Origin: Candidatus Heimdallarchaeota archaeon
GTDB taxonomy: Archaea > Asgardarchaeota > Heimdallarchaeia > Hodarchaeales > Hodarchaeaceae
Length of the DNA stretch: 64,000 nt
Direction: 5' to 3'
Assembly (NCBI GenBank): GCA_020353515.1
Contig: CP070695.1
Span: 2,454,966-2,518,965 of the forward strand
Shown: one piece after another, positions 49,907-60,735 of the stretch
Position numbering within the stretch: the stretch's first letter is position 1
How the letters are laid out: the number at the start of each line of letters is the position of its first letter
Made by a program: the position numbers and the translations under genes
The notes under the pieces: model-generated
The model's input: only the letters and a program-made list of their open reading frames with translations
Databases searched by the model: none
What the model was told of the DNA's origin: nothing

Positions 49907-51187
49907 TTACTTCTTTCTGCGACTGAATTGGAAAGCACCAAGAGCAAGAATACCCAAGAAGATCACAAAGAAGTCTATAGAAGCTGCACCTTCTTCTGGA
50001 ATCGTACCTATCACGCCATCGACAAACCATGTCATATCCGAGAATAGATCAGGGATAGATGCCCGTTCTCCAGATTTGAACATTGTAGTTCCATTCTGTG
50101 CTTTTATTGGACCTGTGAAAGGATCAAAATCCACATCTGCCCAAGTATTGTTCATTTGATCTAAACGTGTCATTGTTAGATTATATACTGAGACTTCCCC
50201 TAGCACATCATCAGTTACAATCACTGCGTTCAGGTCATCTACAAATTTAGTATTAATGGGAACTCCGGCTTTTCCGCCAAGTTCAACTGCTTTCTCATGA
50301 AGGAACCATAAGTAGTCTACATCTTCAAGATTGGATTTAGTATAGTTACCATCATGTATTTGTAAGAGAATCTCATCGTACATGACGTCCCAATGTGCTA
50401 ACTGACCTGAAATACAACTGTTTGGCCCATACGATTGCATTGGTGAATAATGAGAAAATGAATAGACATCAGCTGTTGCTTCTGCAACTTCAACGACAGT
50501 TGGAGAATCTTCAGTAAACGCTAGCATATCACATCCATCTGCAATCAAGGCATTGGCAGCGCTTGTTGCAGCAGTAGGATTATACCAGCTATTTATCCAG
50601 CGGACATCGACTGTTGCACTAGAATTTACTTCGAGGGCTCCTAATGTCCACGCATTAATGTGGCGGATAACTTCTGGGATTGGAAAAGCAGCAACATAAC
50701 CTAGCTTACCACTTTCTGAAAGAGCTCCAGCCATTAACCCGTTAAGGTAATAGAGCTGATAGAAGTCTGCAAAGTATGTACCTACGTTTTTGGCGCGTTT
50801 AAATCCAGAGCAGTGGAAGAAAACAACGTCAGGATATTTCTCTGCCGCCGCGATAGTCCCATCCATGAATCCAAAGGACGTAGTAAAGATCACATTACAG
50901 TCATCGGCCACCAATGTGTCTACAGCCGCAACTACACTTGCAGTATCCTCTTTTACACTCTCAATATACACAGTCGTTAACCAATCGTATTTATTATCAA
51001 TTATTGTTCTTCCTTCGTTATGGGCATGTGTCCAACCATAATCTCCGATTGGGCCGACGTAGATGAAGCCTGCTTTTATATCTCCGTCAGCAACAGTGGT
51101 ACCACCAGTCATTTGGAGTCCACTCACTAAAATGCTTCCAAATATCAGACTCATTATAAAATATTTTAAGAAGGTTGATTTTTTCAT
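49907..51187 (-). CDS. BMP-family ABC substrate-binding protein with C-terminal membrane anchor
   Basis: AGFIYVGPIGDYGW, FTTSFGF, PIPEVIRHINA. Signal peptide, and a C-terminal TM plus RRKK. Confidence 0.92.
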   Translation of the reverse strand: MKKSTFLKYFIMSLIFGSILVSGLQMTGGTTVADGDIKAGFIYVGPIGDYGWTHAHNEGRTIIDNKYDWLTTVYIESVKEDTASVVAAVDTLVADDCNVIFTTSFGFMDGTIAAAEKYPDVVFFHCSGFKRAKNVGTYFADFYQLYYLNGLMAGALSESGKLGYVAAFPIPEVIRHINAWTLGALEVNSSATVDVRWINSWYNPTAATSAANALIADGCDMLAFTEDSPTVVEVAEATADVYSFSHYSPMQSYGPNSCISGQLAHWDVMYDEILLQIHDGNYTKSNLEDVDYLWFLHEKAVELGGKAGVPINTKFVDDLNAVIVTDDVLGEVSVYNLTMTRLDQMNNTWADVDFDPFTGPIKAQNGTTMFKSGERASIPDLFSDMTWFVDGVIGTIPEEGAASIDFFVIFLGILALGAFQFSRRKK

Positions 51188-51319
51188 AACTTAATCGACC
51201 TCTTGCCTACTAGGAGCAGCTCTCTATATAAAGATTTCTTCTAAATTGAGTCCTAGGTGGGTAATACACATCGTCAAACTAAGAAATTAGTAATAAAACA
51301 TAAAACGAACAATTGAAAA

Positions 51320-51955
51320 ATGGTTAAAACAAATCTACACAAGGGATCTATAATAACAATGACACTTGATGATTTTTCTCCTTTATTTGAGGCTCTTAAT
51401 AGTGAACGTCGTAGAGAGTTATTTCAATTCATATCTACAAATTTCGTCTCAAAAAATGATCTGGCAATAAAATTTAATTTAAAGCGAGCGAGCTTAAATC
51501 ATCATTTGTCAAGAATGATTAATGCAGGTTTGATTCAAGAAGTATCACTCTTATTTGATGGAAGAAGACATACCTTCATAATCCCTATTGTGAAAATTTT
51601 TCCAGAACGGTTAGTTGAAGTTCAACAGGATAAACAAAAAATAGTAGATCAATTAAGAATTTGGTCGGACCGTAATGTTACTCTCGATAATTGGAATATC
51701 CTCCGGAAAAGTCTAGATAACTTAGCTGTTCCAGAAGATCTTGTTGAATCAATTGAAATTCGCTTTTTTCCCCTGATTGGCACTAGAGCTTCAATTGAAA
51801 CAAATTTCTGCTTTGTCTGTCGCACTAATAAGGCACAACAAGACTGCTTTGCCTGTAAGAACCTTGTATGCAATGTGCATAGCTATGAAATTGACCGTGA
51901 AGAGCTTGGTACCATCAATCTGTGTCCAAATTGTGTAAAAAAATTCTTTGGATAA
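51320..51955 (+). CDS. ArsR-like wHTH regulator with C-terminal Cys/His zinc finger
   Basis: FEALNSERRRE...SLNHHLSRM HTH, then CFVC..CFAC...CNVH...CPNC. Confidence 0.8.
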   Translation: MVKTNLHKGSIITMTLDDFSPLFEALNSERRRELFQFISTNFVSKNDLAIKFNLKRASLNHHLSRMINAGLIQEVSLLFDGRRHTFIIPIVKIFPERLVEVQQDKQKIVDQLRIWSDRNVTLDNWNILRKSLDNLAVPEDLVESIEIRFFPLIGTRASIETNFCFVCRTNKAQQDCFACKNLVCNVHSYEIDREELGTINLCPNCVKKFFG

Positions 51956-51970
51956 AAAGAGAGGGAGAGA

Positions 51971-54370
51971 TTAACCAATGATTCGGCTAACTGTCTCCTC
52001 AGAAATAGATGTTCGAAACAGGGAACGGAGTGAAAGATAAGCAGCTAAGATAATTCCAAGAAATACGTTTAATATTGACAAGGTAATACTAAATAGGTTG
52101 ATTTGCACAACAAACACAACTCCATATTCAGCTGCCCAATCAAAGATAAAGGTGGCCAATGCACCTCCGGTAACAAATCCAATGAAAATACCAATAACGC
52201 TTGTACTGACCAGCTCTAGTAGTACCGTGCCGAAGATCTCCCGATTAGAAACTCCTAATGCTCTAAAATTCACAAAATCATATTTTCTTTCCGAAATAGA
52301 AATAGATACAACTGAAACAGCAATAGCTACTCCTACAATTAAACCTGCAGACATTGCTGCAAGCATGAAGGCATAACCTAACATCATTGCATCTCGTACA
52401 GATTTTGCTAGCTCACTTTTGATGATTACATCTTGGACATTAGGATTCTCACCCAGTCTTTCTTCTATTTGATCTGAATCTTGAGGCTGCTCTGTATGAA
52501 TGTAGATACCATTGGCATAATCTGTTTCAGCTATCCCTGCTAACCATCGAGCAGTATCAATCGAAGTATATAACCCACCACCAGTGAATTCGTTAAGTAT
52601 GGTCTCAACCTCTAAGGTCCTGTCATTACCCTGAACATCAATTACTGTCAATAAGTCACCTTTTTTTATACTAAATTTAATGGCTAGATCTTTTGTAATC
52701 ACGACTTTCTGAGATCCTGGTACACCGCCAGTGTCGAAATTACGACTGATTGTTGATTCGTTAAGACCTGTAATCACATAATTTTGAGTCATGTCCTGTT
52801 TTAATCTAACAGGAACCAAAACATACGATTCATAATGTTTCCATGGGAGATTCTCAAGCATTGTTGCAATCTGTGATGAGTTTTGATAGTTGTTAAGAGT
52901 AATCTGCATGTCCCATGCTTCATAAAATTGAAACTGCTTGTCAATTCCAGTTGTAAAACTTGTTCCTGTGGTGGAACCGAAAAAAGAGATAGACATTGCC
53001 AGAATGATTCCAAAGATTATGAATAATGCTTTTCGCTTTTCTTGGAAGACTGATCGAATTGAAAATTTCGTCAATGGTGAGAGTGCCTTAATTTTTAGTA
53101 GTATCCGTTCAAAATAAACTGGACGAGCTGGTTTGAACATTGCTTGAGGTCGCATTGCTTCGATTGGAGTCATTCGTAGGATTCTCTGAACAGCTAGGAG
53201 AGAACCTGCTGTTGTAAAGAAAGTTATTAGGCAAATAAATCCCATAGTAGGGAATAATAGGAGTATAGAAGAAATAGAGGTCACATTAGGTAATTTCTTT
53301 ATACCTACTAGTTCAATATAGAAATCTCCAAGACTAAAACCTGATATTAAACCTAAAGTTATTCCAATTGATCCCCCTATTAGACCTATTAACCACGAAT
53401 ATATTATAGCACTTGTAGCAATTTCACGATTTGAAAATCCTAATGCTTTAAAAATACCCAGTGTTGTGATTTCTTCTTCAAGGATCCGCTTTAGAACAAT
53501 AAATAACATTATACCAACAATAATTGCAAAAACAAATGATAAAATAAGACCCATGCCTGAAAAAGTTGGTGCAATACTTAATAAGAAGGCATCCCGACCG
53601 CTATATTGAAGTACAGAATCAATTCCATACTCCTGACTCATTGCGGTCAAAAATTCTTCCAGAAAACGATTACTCATTGATGGGTCATCGAAATAAATGG
53701 CAATCTGGTTGACTTGATCTGTGCTGTTCATATGAGATTCCCAATCTTGCTGTTTCATCCAAATCACAGGGCCATCCCACGAGCTCCCATAAAATTCAGT
53801 TACAATACCAGGTGATAACATAAATTCTGGCGAATCAACCATAGCAATGACGGTTAAATTCAATATTCCTGAAGGAGTTAATACTACCAATTCGTCATTG
53901 ATCTCCCAACCTTGGAGTTCGGCAGTAACCTTCTCAACAACGGCAATATTAGCATCAGTTGAATTATGGAGAGTATTGATGTATGGTTTATTATAATATA
54001 ACTTATCAACAAGTAATTCTTCATTTCTAACAGCGTATAAATGTGTATTAACCTGAGATTCAATTCCAGACTCAGTAACTTGTAACTCATGGAAATCTCG
54101 AAGTTCAAACTCAAAATCAATGTTTAGGTCTTCTTTGACTTGATTAACTAGTAGTGTCAGGTTTGATTTATCCATTTGTTCTGTTGTTATCAATAGATGG
54201 TGATATCGATAACCGATCCAGGATGCATTCTCAACTTCAAGCCAATTGAAGTATAATGCGGAGTAAAAGATAGTAATAATGCTGCCAATGGTGATAACTA
54301 TGATGATCGGGATAGATCGGAGCTTTTTACTTTTTATATCCCGCCATGCTTTACGAATGAACAATTTCAT
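51971..54370 (-). CDS. FtsX/MacB-like ABC permease (duplicated)
   Basis: LGIFKALGFSNREI and ERKYDFVNFRALGVSNREI, with two extracellular domains. Confidence 0.9.
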   Translation of the reverse strand: MKLFIRKAWRDIKSKKLRSIPIIIVITIGSIITIFYSALYFNWLEVENASWIGYRYHHLLITTEQMDKSNLTLLVNQVKEDLNIDFEFELRDFHELQVTESGIESQVNTHLYAVRNEELLVDKLYYNKPYINTLHNSTDANIAVVEKVTAELQGWEINDELVVLTPSGILNLTVIAMVDSPEFMLSPGIVTEFYGSSWDGPVIWMKQQDWESHMNSTDQVNQIAIYFDDPSMSNRFLEEFLTAMSQEYGIDSVLQYSGRDAFLLSIAPTFSGMGLILSFVFAIIVGIMLFIVLKRILEEEITTLGIFKALGFSNREIATSAIIYSWLIGLIGGSIGITLGLISGFSLGDFYIELVGIKKLPNVTSISSILLLFPTMGFICLITFFTTAGSLLAVQRILRMTPIEAMRPQAMFKPARPVYFERILLKIKALSPLTKFSIRSVFQEKRKALFIIFGIILAMSISFFGSTTGTSFTTGIDKQFQFYEAWDMQITLNNYQNSSQIATMLENLPWKHYESYVLVPVRLKQDMTQNYVITGLNESTISRNFDTGGVPGSQKVVITKDLAIKFSIKKGDLLTVIDVQGNDRTLEVETILNEFTGGGLYTSIDTARWLAGIAETDYANGIYIHTEQPQDSDQIEERLGENPNVQDVIIKSELAKSVRDAMMLGYAFMLAAMSAGLIVGVAIAVSVVSISISERKYDFVNFRALGVSNREIFGTVLLELVSTSVIGIFIGFVTGGALATFIFDWAAEYGVVFVVQINLFSITLSILNVFLGIILAAYLSLRSLFRTSISEETVSRIIG

Positions 54371-54374
54371 GTCA

Positions 54375-55130
54375 TCAACCAGCCGTATCAATAGGAGGAG
54401 CTACCGTGAGTTCTTCCCAGAATTCCTTTTCTTTAGCTGGATCATATTTGGAGGTACCAAAGATTTTTCCATCACGAAGGTAAATAACCTTATCTGCTAG
54501 AGTAGAGATGCCAACATTATGGGTAACAAGGAGTATTGTTACTTTATAATTCTCATTCACACGTTGAAGAAGTTTCAAAATTTTTCCTGTGGTTTCGCTA
54601 TCAATATTACCAGTTGGTTCGTCTGCCAACAGGATCTTAGGTTTCTTAGCTAATGCTCTTGCGATGGCTACCCTTTGCTGTTCCCCCCCACTAAGTTGTG
54701 CTGGGAATTTATTACTCTTATCTCCAAGGCCAACTTCTTCCAATAACTCTTTTGATATTTTTCGTGCCTCATCTGAGGGATTTGTAAGCTTGGCTGCTAG
54801 TTCAACATTCTCAAATGCTGTTAAGGAAGCTACCAGATTATAAAACTGGAAGATGAACCCCACATTAAGTCGTCTATACTTCGTCAAATCCCTTTCTTTG
54901 AGGGAAACAAGATTAGTACTCTTTCCATTTGTACCAAAGAGGATTTTACCTGTAGTTGGACGATCAATTCCCCCAATAACGTTAAGTAACGTTGTTTTCC
55001 CAGAACCAGATGGTCCTAAAATAACAAGAAACTGTCCTTGCTCGATATTCAGAGTTATCCCGCTTAATGCAGAAACAGTTAATTCACCCATCAAATATTC
55101 TTTTGTTAAATCTTCTATCTGTAAAGTCAT
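54375..55130 (-). CDS. LolD/MacB-type ABC ATP-binding protein
   Basis: GPSGSGKTT, FQFYNL, LSGGEQQRV, ADEPTGN. Confidence 0.95.
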   Translation of the reverse strand: MTLQIEDLTKEYLMGELTVSALSGITLNIEQGQFLVILGPSGSGKTTLLNVIGGIDRPTTGKILFGTNGKSTNLVSLKERDLTKYRRLNVGFIFQFYNLVASLTAFENVELAAKLTNPSDEARKISKELLEEVGLGDKSNKFPAQLSGGEQQRVAIARALAKKPKILLADEPTGNIDSETTGKILKLLQRVNENYKVTILLVTHNVGISTLADKVIYLRDGKIFGTSKYDPAKEKEFWEELTVAPPIDTAG

Positions 55131-55357
55131 TTCTTGCACCAAGTCAGACAAGATAATATGTAGATTTAAGTTCCTCAGGTAAAAGAATATTTTTTACCTT
55201 TGTTTTTTTATAAGCTTTTCTTCCCGACTACATAATCAAAGATGAATCCAATGAAAAAAACAGACCACCCTAGGATTTCAGTTTCATTTGATGACAAAGA
55301 AATTCGGATAGAATTAAATCTTGTCAGATTGAAAAACAAAAGAAAGGAGACACAAAA

Positions 55358-56239
55358 TTGGAGATTAATTCAGATTTAGTAGGAACACCTCTTAAACCAT
55401 TTACGCGAACAATAGATTGGCCTGAAATTATGTATTTTGCTGCTAGTGTCGATGACGATAATCCATATTATTTTGATGATGAGCAAGACGAAGGCATCGT
55501 CGCGCCACCTGTGTTCTCCATTATAGCAAATTGGCCTGTGGTAAAAAACATCAATGATCTTATTGACTATGAAGAATTCCCTCTAGAAGTACTATCGACA
55601 ATTGTACATTATACTGAACACGTAATAATCCACCGATTAATAAAACCAAATGATAAGTTAACAATTACAGGAAAATTCACAACGATTATACCACACCGTG
55701 CAGGGACTCATGTCATAATTCGGTTGGAAACGCGAGATCGAGAGAATCAGCTAGTTACGGAAGAATGTATTGGAGGGATGTTAAGGGGAGTTGAATGTAT
55801 AGGCGGAGGAAAGGGGTTAGAAGACCAACCACAGATTATACAGCATGAAATTGGATCCAAACCCCTTTGGCAAGAAACAATGCACATTGACGCTTTGAAA
55901 CCTTATATCTATGATGCATGTACTAATACCTCAGTTGTTCCTATTCATACATCGAAACAATTTGCTCGTTTGGTTGGACTCCCAGATATCATTCTTCACG
56001 GCACGGCCACATTAGCGATGGCTGTTAGAACAATAACAAACAAGGAACTAGAAGGAGATCCTTTCAGAATTGACGAAATAGCCTGCAAATTCACTAGTAT
56101 GGTACTACCAAATACTGATATTAATCTAATTCTTAAGGAAAAAGCACCTGAGAATGCTCCTGAACATTATTTCTTTGACGTATTTAATGATGAAGGCCGT
56201 AAAGCCATTAGTCAAGGCTATTTAAAGATTAAGAAATAA
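55358..56239 (+). CDS. Double hot-dog MaoC-like (R)-hydratase/dehydratase
   Basis: FAASVDDDNP, and PIHTSKQFA...GLPDIILHGTAT hydratase-2 motif. Confidence 0.88.
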   Translation: MEINSDLVGTPLKPFTRTIDWPEIMYFAASVDDDNPYYFDDEQDEGIVAPPVFSIIANWPVVKNINDLIDYEEFPLEVLSTIVHYTEHVIIHRLIKPNDKLTITGKFTTIIPHRAGTHVIIRLETRDRENQLVTEECIGGMLRGVECIGGGKGLEDQPQIIQHEIGSKPLWQETMHIDALKPYIYDACTNTSVVPIHTSKQFARLVGLPDIILHGTATLAMAVRTITNKELEGDPFRIDEIACKFTSMVLPNTDINLILKEKAPENAPEHYFFDVFNDEGRKAISQGYLKIKK

Positions 56240-56426
56240 GAATATAAAAAACATTATTTGAGCAGGATCAGGGCAAGAATTAGATTTTTTGACTCAAATA
56301 ATTCTATATAAAAGAAAATTCACATTTTTTTTAAAGATTCCCATATAATAAAAAAAATGGAAAAGTTTTTATAACATGAGAAATAGGTTCTAGGATGATC
56401 AAAGAAATTTGTAGGGAGCCTAAAAA

Positions 56427-56669
56427 ATGAGTGCTTACTATTACTTAGGGAGAAAATCGGAAAAAAAACAGTCTCAGGTAATTTCTCTGGGAGCATTTAC
56501 AGGAAACACATTTTATCCCACTATGGCTCATGAGGTATTCATAGTTCTTGTGAAAGAAGCTAAATTTACTATCCATGATGAGCATGGGAGGGAGTTGACG
56601 ATTGAGAGATTCAAAGACTTGATCAATCATACATATATCAACAATCCACCACTGATCTCCCTTAATTGA
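56427..56669 (+). CDS. Hypothetical protein
   Basis: 80-aa ATG ORF with GGAG upstream, in an otherwise intergenic gap. Confidence 0.55.
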   Translation: MSAYYYLGRKSEKKQSQVISLGAFTGNTFYPTMAHEVFIVLVKEAKFTIHDEHGRELTIERFKDLINHTYINNPPLISLN

Positions 56670-56796
56670 AGAAGAAAATTCTTTCTCGAAAAACTTGAAA
56701 GAATATCATATCGTTTCTACATTTCAAAGAACTAGGTAATTTTTTCTGACCATTTATTATTCTCTTCAGTGAAAAGAAACTATTCTGTGGGAATAG

Positions 56797-57660
56797 ATGA
56801 TGATTATCAAGAATTTAGCGAAAACAAGTATGACTGATATTACTAAAACATTTAACGAAGCATTTGCAGATTATATTATCCAATTTACAACTTCAGAAGA
56901 ATATTTACAAAATAGATGGAATGCTGCGGGCGTCGACTATGATCTATCATTTGGGATTTTTAGTGATGATAATCTTGTAGGGTTCATTATTCACGGTATT
57001 GATCAGTGGAATGGAAAAGAAACAGCTTTCAATATAGGTACTGGAGTAGTACCAGATCATAGAGGGAAGAGAATTGTAAAGAAGCTATATAATCATGCAC
57101 TACCTATTCTAAAAGAGCATGGAATTGAACAATGTCTTCTAGAAGTAATTCAAGAAAATGAAAAAGCGATCAAAGCTTATGAGAGTGTAGGTTTCAAAGA
57201 GGAGCGAGAATTAATCAGTTTTACTTATAGTCTTGATACTAAAGGTGTTGTAGCTAGATTAGATGATCAAATCCAAATGAAAGTTGATACCGATATTTTA
57301 AGCATTGATTGGGATTTTGTACAGAGCTTTTGGGATTTTAAACCGTCATGGGAACACTCTATTTCTGCTATAATGAAAAATGTGAATGTTTGTCAATTCC
57401 TTGGACTCTATAAAGAAGGGAAATTGATTGGTTATGCTATATTCACCCCAAAAACAGGTTATATTTTTCAATTTGCCATAGCAAAAGATGAAAGAGGAAA
57501 AGGATTTGCAAAATGTCTGTTTCAGAAACTCATGACATTTAGTGATAAACTTGTAACTATTAATGTAGATAAACGTTCAGAGCAGACGTTGAATTTTCTC
57601 TCAGCCTTTGGCTTTAAAGAATTCATTAAACAATATGAGATGAAGAAATTTCCATTATAA
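56797..57660 (+). CDS. Tandem GNAT acetyltransferase
   Basis: GVVPDHRGK, NEKAIKAYESVGF, second motif ERGKGFA. Confidence 0.9.
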   Translation: MMIIKNLAKTSMTDITKTFNEAFADYIIQFTTSEEYLQNRWNAAGVDYDLSFGIFSDDNLVGFIIHGIDQWNGKETAFNIGTGVVPDHRGKRIVKKLYNHALPILKEHGIEQCLLEVIQENEKAIKAYESVGFKEERELISFTYSLDTKGVVARLDDQIQMKVDTDILSIDWDFVQSFWDFKPSWEHSISAIMKNVNVCQFLGLYKEGKLIGYAIFTPKTGYIFQFAIAKDERGKGFAKCLFQKLMTFSDKLVTINVDKRSEQTLNFLSAFGFKEFIKQYEMKKFPL

Positions 57661-57678
57661 TCCTTTTTATGTGAAATC

Positions 57679-58083
57679 TCAGATATCTAAACCAGTTAGG
57701 GAATTTATGACTCGCTGAAGCTTTGTACTCACTTCTTTTGCTACTAATTCCAACTCTGGATTCCCAATTATCATAAACATCTTTTCAGGGTCAATTGCAG
57801 CCACTTTAGTTTTTCTTTCCTCTAATTCCTGAACAACGATATTGCAGGGTAAAAGAAGGCCGATTTCTCGTTCAATATCAAGAGCTCTTTTTGCAAATGG
57901 AGGATTGCATGCCCCTAAGATGACATAACGCTCAAAATCAACATTTAATTTCGTTTTCAGAGTTTTTTTTACATCAATTTCAGTTAAAACGCCGAATCCC
58001 TCCTCTTTTAAGGCATTAACCGTCTTAGAGACAGCTATATCATATTCTTCATTTAAAACTATACTGATTTCATAATCTACCAT
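57679..58083 (-). CDS. DUF302 family protein
   Basis: GFGVLTEID, ILGACNP, GLLLPCN. Confidence 0.92.
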   Translation of the reverse strand: MVDYEISIVLNEEYDIAVSKTVNALKEEGFGVLTEIDVKKTLKTKLNVDFERYVILGACNPPFAKRALDIEREIGLLLPCNIVVQELEERKTKVAAIDPEKMFMIIGNPELELVAKEVSTKLQRVINSLTGLDI

Positions 58084-58100
58084 TTGAGTAATCCTCAGTT

Positions 58101-59186
58101 TTAATATTCTAATCCTTGGTTCTTAAAATTCTGTGCTATGGCAAGTCCATATGCAATGGATTGACTGGTAATCACTCCCATAATGTTACAAGGAGCATTA
58201 TCATCAATCACAGGAATAAGCTGAGTCTTTTCTTTCGCCATGATTTTATACGCGTCAAACACTGACCGATTGGGTAGGATTGATAAGGGTTTGACCATGA
58301 GATCAGCAACGATGGCATTTGATTGAGCTTCAGGAGCCATTTTTATAATGTCGTTCCATGTAATAACTCCTAACAATTCACCTTTCTGACAAACAACTAG
58401 ATCACTGATGCGGGCATGGAACATCATTTCAAGAGCTTGACTAACTGGGGTTGTAGGAGCTATTGTCATAACGCTGTCTCTTGGAAGCATAAAATCTCCA
58501 ACCCGTAAAGGTTTAAGTAGTGATGATAATTTTGTTCCTTGTAGTTCTTGTGCAGCCCCCCAGTATATGAAAAATCCAATTATTATTAACCACAAATTGC
58601 TAATGAACCCAATAACTATCATTATCAAAGCAAAAAATCGTCCAATACTAGCTGCGGTTTTAGTTGCTTCTATCAAATCCTTTTTCCACATTGTAAGGGA
58701 TGCTCTAAGCACTCGTCCACCGTCCATTGGGAATGCTGGAATTAAATTAAAGATCGCTAAGATAAGATTCAGGGATCCAATATCGAAAAAAATAAATCCT
58801 GTACCAATAAAAAGTGGTGTTGTAGACATCTGAAGTGGATATAAGAAGTGGATTAGTAAAGAAATCACTCCAATGACCAAACTAGACACAGGCCCAATAG
58901 CTGCTACTTTCAATTCAACTGAAGGATTGTCAGGAATATCCTCGATCTGTGCAGCTCCTCCGATTGGATATAAGACAATTTTGTTTACAGGCAAGTTGTT
59001 ACGTTTAGCTAGGAGGGAATGGGCTAATTCATGGACTGTCACTGATATAAAAAGTAATCCAAAAAGGATGACGGAATATATCTGAGGAAAAGTCACTAGG
59101 AACAAGAGTACAAATAATGCAATGAATGTAATATGTAAGTTCAGATCTATGCCATTTATACTAATAATTTTGTATGAATACTTCAT
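58101..59186 (-). CDS. Site-2 protease (M50) with CBS domains
   Basis: HELAH, NLIPAFPMDGGR, two C-terminal CBS repeats. Confidence 0.93.
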   Translation of the reverse strand: MKYSYKIISINGIDLNLHITFIALFVLLFLVTFPQIYSVILFGLLFISVTVHELAHSLLAKRNNLPVNKIVLYPIGGAAQIEDIPDNPSVELKVAAIGPVSSLVIGVISLLIHFLYPLQMSTTPLFIGTGFIFFDIGSLNLILAIFNLIPAFPMDGGRVLRASLTMWKKDLIEATKTAASIGRFFALIMIVIGFISNLWLIIIGFFIYWGAAQELQGTKLSSLLKPLRVGDFMLPRDSVMTIAPTTPVSQALEMMFHARISDLVVCQKGELLGVITWNDIIKMAPEAQSNAIVADLMVKPLSILPNRSVFDAYKIMAKEKTQLIPVIDDNAPCNIMGVITSQSIAYGLAIAQNFKNQGLEY

Positions 59187-59300
59187 TCTTCTTCAAAGCT
59201 AAGTAGTTAACAATTGTTAATAAGCTTATTTATACTCCTTTCGTAATCTTAACTTGACAATTCACTTGTGACTCACTTTAAGAATTTAGGAGGCAATGTG

Positions 59301-59594
59301 TCAAGGAATAAATTTTGTCATTTTGGTTAAAAGACTCATCAACCTCTCCAGATCAATAACCATCATATCTAGCATGGCTAGTCTGGCTATAATAGCATAA
59401 AGATCGGGTTTTCGAGGATCATTGTAAGAATGTGTTTTTAGTTTAACTTCCCAGAGATTACGTTTTGCTTTGTATTTCCCTAATAAATCCACTAACTCTT
59501 CAATTATTTTAGGGATCTTCTGTTCAGGAATATCAGATGCATGAATACTAACTATCTCACTACTTTCTTTCAATCCATTACTTTTGAACATCAA
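59301..59594 (-). CDS. Hypothetical helical protein
   Basis: 97-aa ORF with no recognisable motif. Confidence 0.5.
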   Translation of the reverse strand: MMFKSNGLKESSEIVSIHASDIPEQKIPKIIEELVDLLGKYKAKRNLWEVKLKTHSYNDPRKPDLYAIIARLAMLDMMVIDLERLMSLLTKMTKFIP

Positions 59595-59769
59595 TTTCTA
59601 CTCTTGAGTAAATATAGGTGTATTCCCTTAAAAAGATCACTGTAACGAACATCAGCAACATTTTATATCTTCATATCAATACTTATAATCTTGGTTTTAC
59701 GGGAAACTACTGGTTTTATCAGGATTAAAGACGATCTTGACAAATGGATTAGCAAACTAGGAAGATGTT

Positions 59770-60732
59770 ATGTCACTGTTTTTTATTTTTTCGACCAGAA
59801 AAGAATTGGATGACTTTTTAATTGAAACAATTATTACTTTAGCCAGGTATGAACAACCAATATTCTATGTCTTCCTTTTCGTCTTTTCAATCTTCTCGGT
59901 TCCTGCTTTAAGCCTTAGTTTCATTGGTGAACATGCTACATCAATGGAAATGATGACAGATCCAAAATTTATTCTCTTTATAATGGTCTTTGTTGATGGA
60001 CTGTTATTTTGTTCATATATTTTAACAAACAAGAACCATAAAAGACTATATTGGTACCTTGCTATTCCAATTCTTCTGATTACTTATGGTCTCATCATTC
60101 TGGCTTTATTCATGTTTTATATCCTTATACTTCCTCAGCAAGACTTGGAAATATGGAGTGTCCTTCTATTTTTACCCCCAGTCATTATGACAGTTGGAAT
60201 TAGTAGCTTTTTAAGAAGTCTTGACATCTTTCAAAGGGAATATACCCCTCTCCTATCAGCAATTGTATTTATTATCCTTTTAATTTTTATCTTTGGGTTG
60301 TATTACGCAGGACAGTTCTTATTAATAATACTATTATTTTTAACTATTGATATTGCGAATATAGAAATCAGGAATAACATTGTGTATGGTTTACTTCTGT
60401 CCTTAAATGTCGTCATTGTTTTGTTTTCCATCAAGGACTGTTCAAGACTTTTTCCAACAAAAAAACGCTTAGTATATGTAGTAATCAACATAACCATTGC
60501 AATAACTGTTGTACTATCCTTGATAGGGGGAAATAATCAACTAGATTTATTAGGATCGTTAATCATACCTTTATGGTTTATGACAAACATTGGGAACTCC
60601 ATAATACTCACACTGATTTTATTTTACGCCATCAAAAGTTCAGCATCACGCTTCAAGGAATATAAAGAGACCTCAGAAACAGAATTGCCAAAGCATATTA
60701 AGAAAGTCTTCACGACTTATGATGTACTCTGA
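59770..60732 (+). CDS. Polytopic membrane protein of unknown function
   Basis: About 8 hydrophobic segments. Confidence 0.7.
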   Translation: MSLFFIFSTRKELDDFLIETIITLARYEQPIFYVFLFVFSIFSVPALSLSFIGEHATSMEMMTDPKFILFIMVFVDGLLFCSYILTNKNHKRLYWYLAIPILLITYGLIILALFMFYILILPQQDLEIWSVLLFLPPVIMTVGISSFLRSLDIFQREYTPLLSAIVFIILLIFIFGLYYAGQFLLIILLFLTIDIANIEIRNNIVYGLLLSLNVVIVLFSIKDCSRLFPTKKRLVYVVINITIAITVVLSLIGGNNQLDLLGSLIIPLWFMTNIGNSIILTLILFYAIKSSASRFKEYKETSETELPKHIKKVFTTYDVL

Positions 60733-60735
60733 AAC

